Shown: positions 1-16,493, numbered from the stretch's first letter. The stretch is 64,000 nt of DNA from Eledone cirrhosa (GCA_964016885.1 OZ024752.1:18228001-18292000), one strand, 5' to 3'. Translations and numbers: made by a program. Notes: generated by a model not told the origin, from the sequence alone.

Positions 1-370
1 GGTCTCACTGCCATGCAACATTGCTGTTCGTATGCAGGCATCATACAACCTACCTTTCATTTTTAGGGAGAACCCTTTAGCGGCTAATAGTGGTATAAGC
101 TCTCTGAACTTTTTCCATCCAGTTCTGATTCTAGCTACTGTACATTCGGAGCACCCTCCTCCACTGCTGATTTTGTCACCCAGGTAACGGAAGCTGTCCA
201 CTATTTCAATAGAACCCTCTGCACAATTGAAAGAGCTAGTATTTTGTGGGCACTTGCTGCTACTTAATGCACCAGAGCACCGGCCACATGTAAAATCTGT
301 GTTCTTAGTTAGCTTACCTGTGATCCCACTACATCTTTTATGCACCCATACTTTGCATTTGGGACATAAA
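1..370 (-). mobile_element. RTE-clade LINE (family A) internal fragment, 5'-truncated, runs off window start
   Basis: Near-identical to 9098-9432 and 57389-57752; minus strand encodes CPKCKVWVHKRC...[10 protein letters not shown]...MLHGSET. Confidence 0.9.
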
Positions 371-384
371 ACGTTATAGCTATG

Positions 385-599
385 TATCTATCTAAAAAGA
401 AAGACTAAGAATTATAGAGAGAGATCGCTAAATCGCCTAATGCCGTCCCTAGGGCATTGAAAATCTGAAATTGTTTTTGCTTTAAACACTTGTACGACTA
501 TAAGTATTACATGTGTAAAGTTTGAAAAATATCGGTTGGGTGGTTCTCGAGTTTTAGGGAGTCAGACAGACAAACATTCTTTATTTTAGATATATAGAT
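385..599 (-). mobile_element. Probable non-autonomous Helitron-derived element
   Basis: Minus strand begins ATCTATATATCTAAA followed by a TCTG microsatellite, as in Helitron-derived non-autonomous elements; boundaries approximate. Confidence 0.4.
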
Positions 600-708
600 A
601 ATATATGGTATTCCAACCATGGCTATCTATCCTCTTTTTTAATGATGCTGCAGCCGTGACTATCTGCCATCTTTTTCAACTGACCATTAAGTGTTCCAAC
701 TCTGGCTT

Positions 709-990
709 GTGGAGATGCGTGACCTAGTGGTAAGGGTGTTGGGCTTATGATCATAATGTTGTGGGTTCGATTCCTGGGCTAGGTTGCGTGTTGTGTTCTT
801 GAGCACAACACTTCATTTCACATTGCTCCAGTATACTTAGCTGTAACTGAGTACCAGCAATAGCTGAGAGTTTGACCCTGCGATGGACTGACGTCTTGTC
901 TAGGGGTGAATCTTCTACTCTCAGTTGCTTCATGCCATGAAACCGGGATAAGCACTGGCCTAACAAGCCTTCTGGCTTAAAACAGACTTT
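709..990 (+). mobile_element. tRNA-derived SINE
   Basis: A-box-like TGACCTAGTGG, B-box GGTTCGATTCC, central GTTCTTGAGCACAACACTTCATTTCAC shared with 3766 and 33153 copies, downstream CCCTGCGATGGACTG motif. Confidence 0.8.
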
Positions 991-1456
991 AGAACCTTGA
1001 TCATCCACTAGAATTCCAGTGATTCTAGTTCTAAAAAACGACAGGGAATTATAATTATGTGTTGCTACAATTAAAAAGAGTAACATGAAATAATGGTTGG
1101 GAACCTAAAACTTCCATAGTTGTATAGAAATAACTGTTAAGAGTCTGTTACAGTCTATATTATTGTCTATCGTTTTTAGTTTAATATTTATCCTATCCAT
1201 AACCAAAAAAACATCTCTGATCTTCAGACCCCCATGATGGCATCAGGGATCAGGTTTTATCTGATTCACTTTCAATCAACTCTACTGATTTTCTCTCTCA
1301 CACTGTTCTATGCATTGATCTAAACAAATGTTTTCTACAATTTCTACTAAATCATAGGATGTTAAGAGTTAATTTCCCTGACATGCTGTTATAGAAACCA
1401 TTTTTTTCCCAATAAAATGTTTTTCTCAATTGCTTTCATCTTCCTTTCTTAATTAG

Positions 1457-1537
1457 GATATGGGAACAATTGTTATTGGAAAGGTGGAATCTGGCAGTTT
1501 ATCAAAGAATCAAACACTATGCCTCATGCCTAACAAA
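1457..1537 (+). CDS. GSPT1: eRF3 / GSPT1 exon (DMGTIVIGKVESGSLSKNQTLCLMPNK)
   Basis: AG|...|GTAAGT boundaries, 81 nt phase 0-0; peptide matches eRF3 domain II. Confidence 0.95.
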
Positions 1538-1800
1538 GTAAGTATCAATTATCTCTTAACTGTTGAATTTCAAAGTATTTATAACAATTTTTGCCAGGAT
1601 TTGCAACTGGTAGATAGTATCAGCAATTGAAAGACTATTGGAAACATTGTTTCTTTGGTCCAAATTGACTCACTTGGTAAGTGAATGAGGTCTGGGATCT
1701 TGTTGGTTGAACTCTATAACAATTAATGTTGTTGTTGAAATGTTACCCTTTACTTTGGCTCTTCGTTTTGTGTGTTTGAATGATTAAGTAGGTTTTAGAT

Positions 1801-1908
1801 CAATCACAGGCAAACTGCGGCCCGTTTGAAATGACACGCCTAATTTCAAAAATGCCTTGAATTTTTTAGTAGTGCGATCCACTGCTTGAAAAGGGTTGCT
1901 CATGCCTG
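1801..1908. mobile_element. hAT (Buster/Charlie-like) MITE
   Basis: 8-bp TSD TTTTAGAT at 1793-1800 and 1909-1916; Charlie-like ends GGCAAACTGCGGCCC / AAAAGGGTTGCTCATGCCTG. Confidence 0.7.
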
Positions 1909-2381
1909 TTTTAGATTTTGGTTTATGACATAATTCTTTTACAGAAAGCTGTGCTGACTAGAACATTGTCATGGTACCATTTAACCCTTTCATGATCAGA
2001 TTTCTAATGGAAAGTGCTGCCTTTGGTTGTCAGATAATTTGGAAGGTTTTAGTTATATTGGGCTGGCATGGGTAATTGCTGGCCTTGTGCCAAAAGTAGA
2101 AACAATTATTAGGCTGGTGTTTGGAACATAATCTTATGTAAGAAACTTTTTAAGTTATGATGAAAGGTTTTTATGAAACATCCAAACCATGTTCCTAATG
2201 TTATTTTCAGAAACATTTACAGCTGTTTATTTGAATGTGTTGAAAATTAAATGCATAAATTGTATTTTAATGGAACATTCTAATCATGAATTTCTTTTTA
2301 ATACACCATTTAGTGTTCAGTGCTATTCCAATGAAATGAGATAGATTTGAGATGTAAAAATTCAATATTTTGTAATTTAAG

Positions 2382-2483
2382 GTTCAAGTTAAGATTATGC
2401 AGTTATGGTCGGATGATATTGAAACTGATGCCACTAGTGCTGGAGAAAATGTCAAAATTAAGCTCCAAGGAGTTGAAGAAGAG
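2382..2483 (+). CDS. GSPT1: eRF3 / GSPT1 exon (VQVKIMQLWSDDIETDATSAGENVKIKLQGVEEE)
   Basis: AG|...|GTAAC, 102 nt, in frame with flanking exons; SDD.E....GEN.KI.L.G.EEE motif. Confidence 0.95.
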
Positions 2484-2676
2484 GTAACAATTTTTACTTG
2501 TCATATTTTCATTTCATCATATCAACATCATTGTTTTTATGGCAACGTTTCTACGTTTCTATATTGGCTTGCCTTGCCTTCGGTAGTTTACCTTTTTTTT
2601 TTTTTTTTTAATGACTAAAATAACTCTTACAAAATGTAGCTGTTTTAGTTTCAATGCACTGACTCAGAACACCCAT

Positions 2677-2990
2677 TGCTAGACAAGTACTTCTTTTCTT
2701 TGCCCACTTATTCCTGAGAGGGTCCTGGAGGCAGAGTCCTCAAACATTCCCTCCTCCAACTGATCTAGCTGGATCCCCAAGTGTGACCAGCCAAGCTCAT
2801 GGATGTTATCCAGCCATCTTGCTCGGGGTCTACCTCTAGGTCTCCTGCCAGTTGGTTTCACTCATAAAATCTGTCCAGAGCTTCTGTCCTGAGACATTCT
2901 AACCACATGCCTATAGTATTGGAGCTGTGGTCTCTCAATTCAGAGAAGCAGCAGCTCTACCTGGAATGACTCTGATCTCCAAGATACGTA
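2677..2990 (-). mobile_element. Degenerate RTE LINE 3' fragment (distinct family)
   Basis: Translation PTGRRPRGRPRARWLDNI is a typical RTE ORF C-terminus. Confidence 0.75.
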
Positions 2991-3286
2991 CTTAGAAAGT
3001 TATAAACTATTAGTTTTTAGCTTGCATTTCAGGGTTAGTTGAAAAAGCTTGTTTTTTATATAAATTGTTTATGCAAACTATGAGCTATATTGAGCTGTAA
3101 CCTATTTTTCTTTATATATGGAAACTAGTGAGAAAAGATAAGCTATAAACTGTTCAAATGAATTCATACTTTGCGTGTTTGGCCTGACAATATGGCAGGA
3201 AATAAAGTTTAAGATTTACTTAAAAGGTTTAATGATGTGCAAAAAATATGCTTTCATTTTTATATTGTCTATTTTCTTTTCTTTAG

Positions 3287-3358
3287 GATGTCTCTCCAGG
3301 TTTTGTGATATGTTCTCCAGATAATGTGTGTCATACAGGGAAAACATTTGATGCTCAG
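3287..3358 (+). CDS. GSPT1: eRF3 / GSPT1 exon (DVSPGFVICSPDNVCHTGKTFDAQ)
   Basis: Polypyrimidine-AG and CAG|GTAAAT, 72 nt in frame. Confidence 0.95.
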
Positions 3359-3377
3359 GTAAATGATTTTTTTTTAA

Positions 3378-3551
3378 CCCCTTTAGCATTTACATTATTC
3401 TATATATAATGTATTTTCATGGTAAAGGTTTTAGCTCACATAATATCTGAGGGATTTTGAGAACAATACCTTAACATCACTACGAGTTGCCAGTTATGGC
3501 TGGTTTAAACAGAAAGAGATGAGAGAATTCTGGCCAGTATAAATGCTAGTG
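3378..3551. mobile_element. piggyBac-type MITE (same family as 47813-48030)
   Basis: TTAA|CCCCTTTAGCATTTA left end, degenerate TAAATGCTAGTG|TTAA right end. Confidence 0.7.
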
Positions 3552-3720
3552 TTAATTTGTGATGATGCAATTTTATTGTTCAAAATTTGTAGTTTAAATA
3601 AATGGAGCATTTTTCTACAGTTGGATTTCTTGTAGAATTGTATTTGTCTTTTCTGAATTCTGAAAATGTTCACAATAATCTATCCACTTGTAAAGATGGT
3701 ATGAACATTTGAATTAACTA

Positions 3721-3765
<45 letters not shown>

Positions 3766-3767
<2 letters not shown>

Positions 3768-4098
3768 AGGCACATGGCTTACTGGTTAGAGCATTGGCCT
3801 TGCAATCGAAAGGTTGTGAGTTCAATTCTCAGACCGGGTGATGTGTTGTTTCCTTGAGCAAAGACACTTTATTTCACATTGCTCCAGTTTACTCACCCGT
3901 AAAAATGAGATGATAGGACTGGGGTCCATATCATTCCACTGCAAAGGGGTCGTGGAGGTACCACAGCAAAAAAGCACCCAGTACTCACTGTAAATGAGGT
4001 TGGTGTTAGGAAGGGCATCCAGCTGTAGAAATCAAGCCAGAATCAGTTCCTGTCCCACCCTTGCAAGCAGGGAAAAAGCGGACGTAAAATGAAAAATA

Positions 4099-4100
<2 letters not shown>
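3766..4100 (+). mobile_element. tRNA-derived SINE with CORE-like centre and RTE-derived 3' tail
   Basis: A/B box head, CCTTGAGCAAAGACACTT centre, GGTTGGTGTTAGGAAGGGCATCC RTE-UTR motif and terminal hairpin; flanked by TA arrays. Confidence 0.8.
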
Positions 4101-4131
<31 letters not shown>

Positions 4132-4204
4132 TTTTCTCTTAAATCATTAAAAAGATATTAAACGTCAGATTTAAATGTATCTTTTCTCTGTTTTTATTTA
4201 ACAG

Positions 4205-4294
4205 ATTGTCATCTTAGAACACAAATCTATAATTTGTGCTGGTTACAGTGCTATTCTTCATATCCATGCTTGTGCAGAAGAAATAACAATTAAA
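4205..4294 (+). CDS. GSPT1: eRF3 / GSPT1 exon (IVILEHKSIICAGYSAILHIHACAEEITIK)
   Basis: ACAG|...|GTAAGT, 90 nt in frame; EHKSIIC.GY...LHIH motif of eRF3 domain III. Confidence 0.95.
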
Positions 4295-4428
4295 GTAAGT
4301 TGGTTTTTGTTTTTGACATTCATTTTACTTACAGAAATAAATTCTTGTTCAACATAAAGGATCAATAACAGGTTAATTTGGTTTTTCAATTGGGTTGCAA
4401 CTTGATTCTCTTTTTGTCCTTAACTCTA

Positions 4429-4628
4429 NNNNNNNNNNNNNNNNNNNNNNNNNNNNNNNNNNNNNNNNNNNNNNNNNNNNNNNNNNNNNNNNNNNNNNNN
4501 NNNNNNNNNNNNNNNNNNNNNNNNNNNNNNNNNNNNNNNNNNNNNNNNNNNNNNNNNNNNNNNNNNNNNNNNNNNNNNNNNNNNNNNNNNNNNNNNNNNN
4601 NNNNNNNNNNNNNNNNNNNNNNNNNNNN
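4429..4628. other. Assembly gap (200 N)
   Basis: Run of N. Confidence 1.
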
Positions 4629-5529
<901 letters not shown>

Positions 5530-6902
5530 TGTTATACTTTGGGAGGGTCATGTTGCCAATAAGAAACACACGCACCAGTTGCTTTCACTTCAATTTAATT
5601 TATTAAATATTTATAAATTTACAAATTTATAAATTTCTGGTTGGTTGGTTGGTTCCACAACCAGATAGTTGTTTATATATATATAGTCATAGTTCTTTCG
5701 TCACACACTTTGTGACCTCTTCAGTGACTGGGGATTTCTTTCTTCGTTTCTGTGCGTTTCCTTTCTTCTATCCTACGCCATTTTGTTTGTGTGTGGGTTG
5801 CGTGCTCAGTTTGTGCATGCGCCACATCCGGGTGTCTGTGTGTGTTTGTGTTCATTTTTCTATTTTTTCTATTTATATTTTTTTATTTGTTTGTTTATTT
5901 ATTTATTTATTGTTGGTTGGTTGTTTGTTCTATGTGTGTGTGTGTTTTCAATTGTAGTTGTTTGTTCGATGTGTGTGTGTGTTTTCATTTTGTCCTTAAT
6001 TGTAAGTTGTGATGTTGCTGTTCCACTCATATTTTCTATTTAATTTAATTTTGGTTTTAATTCTTTTATGCTTACTGCCTCTGTAATTTGCCTAAACATT
6101 GCGTCTTTCTTGTGTGTGGATTTTATTTTTATTTCTATGCTCTCTAATTTACCCCTGTGTTCTATCTTAGCATGTTGGTAGAGCACAGATGATTCTTTAT
6201 TATCTTGGAGGTCTCGCCAGTGTTCATTTATTCGTTCCCCTATACTACGAGCTGTCTCACCTATGTACACTACATTTTTGTTTCTACATTGTCCTTCAGT
6301 ACATCTGATGCTATATACTACATTTCTAGTTTTACAGTTAATATGGGGGCTTATTTTACAGGTTATACATTTCTTATCTATACATGAGGGTCTTTGGAAC
6401 GGGTATGTCTTGCTAATAAGTGTTTTTACGGAGGTACCAGGTCTTTCTACTATCTTAATATTGAGATTATGTTTCTTTAGGGCCCTTCTAAATTTGTAGG
6501 CTAGTTCGCCTCTTAGGGGTTGTATTGATGAACATTACACTCTGGTATTTATTGCTATCATACCATGAGTTTATTCTATTGGCCTTGTTCTTAGTTCTTT
6601 CTATTCTATTCCAAAATTTGCTCCTATACAAGGGGCAGGTCCCCATTTATGTCATTATTTACCATTTTTTCCCATTTGGTTCTGGCTCCTTTATACACTC
6701 TGATTCTATCTCTCTGATTGTAGCCAGAGAACTGCATACGGTGGATGAAGTGTTGTATGTGTCTCTCTAGTTCTTCGGGGTTGCACATGCGGGACACATT
6801 TCTCATCACCCGTACCAAATCCGCAATCAGTATGTTGATTTTGGTATGGTCCGAAATGGCCGAGTTTCGGTGGATCAGATGTTTGGAAGTCATGGGTTTG
6901 GC
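5530..6902 (-). mobile_element. Penelope-like element, 5'-truncated (RT thumb, Cys-rich linker, GIY-YIG endonuclease)
   Basis: Minus translation ...CIDKKCITC...NCKTRNVVYSIRC...VVYIGETARSIGERINEH...RQITEAVSIKELKPKLN; frameshifted; hammerhead in the 3' UTR. Confidence 0.85.
5685..5729 (-). ncRNA. Minimal type I hammerhead ribozyme motif
   Basis: Minus: AGTCA-CTGAAGA-G-GTCACA(aagtg)TGTGAC-GAAA-GAAC-TA-TGACT; stems I and II pair, minimal stem III. Confidence 0.8.
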
Positions 6903-10420
<3,518 letters not shown>

Positions 10421-10514
10421 GTATATGTATATATATATTGTATATATATGTATATGTATATATATATGTATATATATATTGTATATATATGTATATCTAT
10501 ATATATATTGTATA

Positions 10515-10546
<32 letters not shown>

Positions 10547-10575
10547 CATATATACATATATATATATACATATAC

Positions 10576-10621
<46 letters not shown>

Positions 10622-10643
10622 ATACATATATATACATATATAC

Positions 10644-10676
<33 letters not shown>

Positions 10677-10689
10677 CATATATATATAC

Positions 10690-10740
<51 letters not shown>

Positions 10741-11030
10741 CCTATATATATACATATATATACATATATATATATATACAATATATATATACAATATATA
10801 TATACATATATATATACATATACATATATATATATACAATACATATATACATATATATATATATACATATATATATATACAATATATATATATACATATA
10901 TGTATATACATATATATATATATATATATACAATATATATATACATATATATACATATATATATATACAATATATATATACATATATACATATATATATA
11001 TACATATATATATATACAATATATATATAC

Positions 11031-11101
<71 letters not shown>

Positions 11102-11117
11102 CACAATATATATATGC

Positions 11118-11148
<31 letters not shown>

Positions 11149-11246
11149 ATATATATGCATATATATATATATATATATACAATATATATATGCATATATA
11201 TATATATATATATATGCATATATATATGCATATATATATATATATA

Positions 11247-11288
<42 letters not shown>

Positions 11289-11353
11289 TATATATATTGT
11301 ATATATATATATGTATATATATATTGTATATATATATATGTATATATATATTG

Positions 11354-11384
<31 letters not shown>

Positions 11385-11386
11385 TG

Positions 11387-11417
<31 letters not shown>

Positions 11418-11486
11418 TGTATATATATATATATATATTGTATATATATATATGTATATATATATTGTATATATATGTATATATAT

Positions 11487-11529
<43 letters not shown>

Positions 11530-11531
11530 TG

Positions 11532-11566
<35 letters not shown>

Positions 11567-11581
11567 TGTATATATATATTG

Positions 11582-11614
<33 letters not shown>

Positions 11615-11699
11615 TGTATATATATATATGTATATATATATTGTATATATATATATATGTATATATATATTGTATATATATATATGTATATATATATTG

Positions 11700-11730
<31 letters not shown>

Positions 11731-11732
11731 TG

Positions 11733-11763
<31 letters not shown>

Positions 11764-11765
11764 TG

Positions 11766-11796
<31 letters not shown>

Positions 11797-11862
11797 TGTA
11801 TATATGTATATATATATATATGTATGTATATATATATATATGTGTATGTATATATATATATG

Positions 11863-11909
<47 letters not shown>

Positions 11910-11988
11910 ATATATATATGTATATATGTATATATATATATATATATGTATGTATATATACATATGTATATATATATGTATATATATT
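10421..11988. repeat. Quasi-palindromic compound TA array
   Basis: ACAT/ACAAT units, then TGCA units, then ATTGT/ATGT units. Confidence 0.9.
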
Positions 11989-11989
11989 G

Positions 11990-13790
11990 ATAATAATAAA
12001 ATTGAAGACTAAAATCCAAAGAGGGCTCGATAAGGAAAATATATATCAGATATATAAGAACCGAAGAGCAAATATTTATTAAAATAACAGATTAAAGTTT
12101 AAGCAAAGAATCGCTGCTTTCACCCTTAACGGGATCTTCTGAAACTAACAAAGTCAATCTGTAAACACAGAACTGGATATTTCAAAAAACGTTGCAACCG
12201 GAGGAAGACAGGAAGACGATACCTTGGTTCATGGTGACGTTCGCTGGCAAAGAACGGGAAAAAACGAATAATACCTCATTAATAGGAGCGGTGAAAAACA
12301 TTTACGCGCAAAGACAGAACCACGTTTATGGTATAAAAGAGGTCGTAGACTAATGTTCTCTAAGTGGTGCATAGAGACGTTCTCTGGCAATGAATGAAAA
12401 AACAAAGATAATAAGTTATATGTGGAGCGTGGAGAACAATAGCACGCAAAGACAAAACCACGTAAATGGTATAGCAGAAGTTGTAGACTAAAATTCTAAC
12501 TAGGAGACCGTATGAATCTCCGCTACAGAGTTAAGAACAAAGTAAATAAATACAATACAAAAGTAATAGAAACAAATAAATACATACACGCAAACAGATA
12601 CGTACATACACTAGCATACGCAAAACCTTACCAAACAAAACCACGCACATATAAATATGTGTATGTGTGTACGCTTGTGTACAAATAAATAAATAATTAT
12701 ATAAACGTATATAAGTAAATAAATACGTATATAACAAGCGCACACACATACCTACAAATAAATACACGAAGGTTCGGAGACGTAAGTCAACTGAAACAAG
12801 AAGTACACATATACACACACCCACCATACGTACGAACCTGCATACTCACGCAAACGCAAAACTCCCATATACACATAACCAAACCCTAAATACCAGAATA
12901 TGTAAAAATTACGTACGAGAAGGTATACATATCTTCACAAAACATGCGGGTAATATATACTTACCTATGCAAATAAGTAAAGGAATAAACAAAACATATA
13001 CTTAGCTCCCACATCAAGACGTAAAATATCCACGTATAGATCATGCTATCCGTTAGGGTATAACGTGGGGCTGTAATACAGGAAAGTTTTGTGCAATTTA
13101 TGTTTACAAGCCGAAATTGCCTCAGATTTTTTGTTTAAGATGTGGTCTGTGGCGTAGAGTATTTCCAGGGCCTCAGTGGCGCAGAGGTCACATGGTCTTT
13201 TATTTCTGTTATATGATCTAGCCCTAGCTAGGATCTCCCAGTGTAACTTATATTGGGTGTGGTTGTCTTTTAGACTCCAGATATAAGCTGAAAGTGACGT
13301 CATATTCCTTCTTAGAGGGTAACGAAAAGAATGGGTATGCATGTAAAGACGCTGCTTGAAACTATTGGCGGTTAACCCTATGTAGGCCCTACGGGACGTG
13401 GGTGTTACAACCTTACATTTGTAGACAATGTTACTAGAGAGGCATTTCCCGGATAGGGGACAATCAGCCCGATTCCTACAATTACAGTTAGTACTAACTA
13501 CAGGGTTGCACGTGTTCCTACGGCTAGGTCGTTTAGCTAAATTTGAAGCTGTGATGTTATGTGCAAGGTTAGGAGTCGTAGAGTAAGAAATTTTAATAGT
13601 ATTTCTATTAAAAATTTTACTATATTTATGTGTAGGGGGGAAATGCTTCGTAATAAGGGAAAGAAAGATCTTAGCTAATGGTGTGGCCACCTCCATATTA
13701 TATGGTGGGTTAAACCAACAAATGCGACGGGATCTATTTCTTCTAGGTCTATTCCCGTACTCTGTATATGCTACCTTATATATTGTATAT
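11990..13790 (-). mobile_element. Penelope-like element (Naiad-like GIY-YIG), 5'-truncated, with long 3' UTR
   Basis: WFNPPYN...KHFP...KIFNRNTIKISYS...CNCR...CPL...NIVYKC...AYIGLT...CDLC...CKH; hammerhead-like motif at the 3' end; clade assignment from recalled motifs. Confidence 0.85.
12096..12146 (-). ncRNA. Variant type I hammerhead motif (CAGAAGA core)
   Basis: Minus: AGTTT-CAGAAGA-T-CCC(gttaa)GGG-T-GAA-AGCA(gcgattctt)TGCT-T-AAACT. Confidence 0.7.
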
Positions 13791-13853
13791 ATATATATAT
13801 GTATATATATGTATATATATATTGTATATATATATATGTATATACATATATTG

Positions 13854-14518
13854 TGTCGGATTTGTTTATCGTAAATTCGTGAGCTGATTTTCCGATACTC
13901 GATTATTCTATTATATTTAGCTCTAGACATAGCTATTGACCAGTTAACTTTATTGTTCATTTTTTGTCGATTCTATTGAATGATGAATAGCTCCTGTTTA
14001 TTTTAACATGTCTATCGAGCACTCTTATTCGATATGTGTTTTCCACATTACCGATAATTTTTCGCGAATATAGAGGTTGTCTCCCTTGCTGAACTCCATG
14101 TGCGTTCTAGCTAAAGATAACTTCTTTATTCGTTGGACATAACCCGTTGATAAAGTTGTTCCGGTCCATTCGCTCCCTAGAAGTCTTATATATTTTTATG
14201 TGGGCTGATAGGGAGCGGATTAAGGAATTGCAGAAACCCAAGAAGCTAGATTTACCACCTTTCTAGTGGGTCCGGGTAAGTTTTTTACACTCATATAGAT
14301 TATTGATTTATTGATATTTTATTTGAGTGACCCGAATCTTCCTGGTCGTTCTTTTTCGGCTGCATGGGTGATTTTAGGCATAATCTTTGTGTGTTGGTAT
14401 TTTAACGATAGTTATAGCTCTGATTTATCTGAATCATTGAGCCCTCTGCCACTCATGTCGGATTTGTTTATCGTAAATTCGTGAGCTGATTTTCCGATAC
14501 TCGATTATTCTATTATAT
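13854..14518. repeat. 602-bp unit with a 63-bp terminal direct repeat, embedded in TA arrays
   Basis: 13854-13916 = 14456-14518. Confidence 0.8.
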
Positions 14519-14519
14519 A

Positions 14520-14551
<32 letters not shown>

Positions 14552-14562
14552 CAATATATATA

Positions 14563-14612
<50 letters not shown>

Positions 14613-14623
14613 CAATATATATA

Positions 14624-14669
<46 letters not shown>

Positions 14670-14676
14670 ATATATA

Positions 14677-14712
<36 letters not shown>

Positions 14713-14719
14713 ATATATA

Positions 14720-14802
<83 letters not shown>

Positions 14803-14881
14803 ATATATATGTATATATATATATATATATATACAATATATATATGCATATATAAATATATATATATACACATATATATAC

Positions 14882-14956
<75 letters not shown>

Positions 14957-14988
14957 TATATACATATACATATATATATATACATATA

Positions 14989-15910
14989 TCATCATCATCA
15001 TCAACGTTTAACGTCCGTGTTCCACGCTTGCATGGGTTTGGACGGGGGTAGTCCCACTTGAGGCAAGAGTGATTGTCTTGCTCGCATAGGACTGTCTGGC
15101 AGGTTTTCTACAGTTGGATGCCCTTCCTAACACCAACCACATTTACAGTGTGGGTCTGGGAGGTTTTTACCGTGTTGCCTACACGGCCACATTACAGCGT
15201 GGACTGTGTGTTTTTTTGTCGTGACACCTACACGATCTCATTTGTTTCGGCCTCGATGGCGCGGCACCAACATAACTTTACATAGAACGGGGTGGTGTGG
15301 ATCGGGTGGGGGTGGTGGTGGTGGGACGGGGTGTATTTTGTTAGAGATGCCTACTGGCTGGAGTAGGTTTTACTATATATTTAGGTAAGGCGGGTCTTCT
15401 CTGTTACTGAGTACCGCCAAAGGTCTCGGTCCAGTGACATTGTCTTGGAGAGGTGTAAGTGTGTGATGTCGGAGTTTATCAGCTCGTCCCAGGTTTTTCT
15501 AGGTCTGCCTATTCCGTGACTACCGTCTATCTTTATTGCCCTGCACTTTGTTATACAGCTATCGACTTTCATGCGCATCACGTGTCCATACCAACGTAGC
15601 CTTCTCTCGAGTAAACAACATCTGATCCCTCTTATCTCTAATTTTTTCCTTAGTTCGTTTATGCTTTGCCGTTCACGTATATTACTGTTACACATCCAGC
15701 GGAGCATGCAAGCTTCGTTCCTCTCTAGTCTGCGTATATCCTCTGCACACAATGCCCAGGTCTCACTGCCATGCAGCATTGCTGTTCGTATGCAGGCATC
15801 GTACAACCTGCCTTTCATTTTTAGTGAGAACCCTTTAGCAGCTAATAGTGGTATAAGCTCTCTGAACTTTTCCCAACCAGTTCTGACTCTAGCTACAGTA
15901 CTTTCAGAGC
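14989..15910 (-). mobile_element. RTE-A LINE 3' part, 5'-truncated
   Basis: ORF C-terminus ...SVTEKTRLT*, 3' UTR, (GAT)n tail; nearly identical to 20557-21479. Confidence 0.95.
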
Positions 15911-15982
15911 ACATATATATATATACATATATATATATACATATATATATATACATATATATATATACATATATATATATAC

Positions 15983-16029
<47 letters not shown>

Positions 16030-16041
16030 CATATATATATA

Positions 16042-16493
16042 CAACCGCGGAGTGGGGAGGCCCAAGATGACTTGGGATGAGGTGATAAAAGCCGACCTTA
16101 CCCAACTACACCTCTCAAAGTCAATGACACACGACCGTGACTTCTGGCGTCACGCAGTAATACAGGGTACCCGACCTCCCATGGGTACATGCTGAAGCAT
16201 ATAAACAATATGCCCCCCCCCCCCACGCAAGGTGGTCGTGGAGGTGCCACGGCAAAAAAGCACCCAGCCCACACTGTAAAGTGGACGTGTAGGTGCCACG
16301 AAAAAGCACCCAGCACTCACTGTAAATGAGGTTGGTGTTAGGAAGGGCATCCAGCTGTAGAAATCAAGCCAGATCAGTTCCTGTATGAGCAAGGCATGGT
16401 CAGCCGACCAGACACTGCCCACAACAGGACAACCCGTCTAACCCATGCTAGCGTGGAAGAACGGACGTAAAACGGTGATGATGATGATGATGA
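16042..16493 (+). mobile_element. RTE family B 3' fragment
   Basis: Encodes [17 protein letters not shown]; UTR modules, terminal hairpin, (GAT)n tail; homologous to 58077-58620. Confidence 0.85.

Noticed and set aside
709-785. tRNA gene (also 3766 and 33153)
   Set aside because: Degenerate cloverleaf continuing into a shared SINE body
1620-1712. Intronic snoRNA candidate in eRF3
   Set aside because: A diverged homolog occurs at ~33300-33415, which suggests an interspersed repeat; no clear C/D or H/ACA layout
13046-13960. Single 304-aa gene, or a selenoprotein-type Naiad ORF
   Set aside because: The ORF bridges unrelated segments through a TA tract; Cys positions are ordinary Cys codons with no in-frame TGA (same for 49073-49984)
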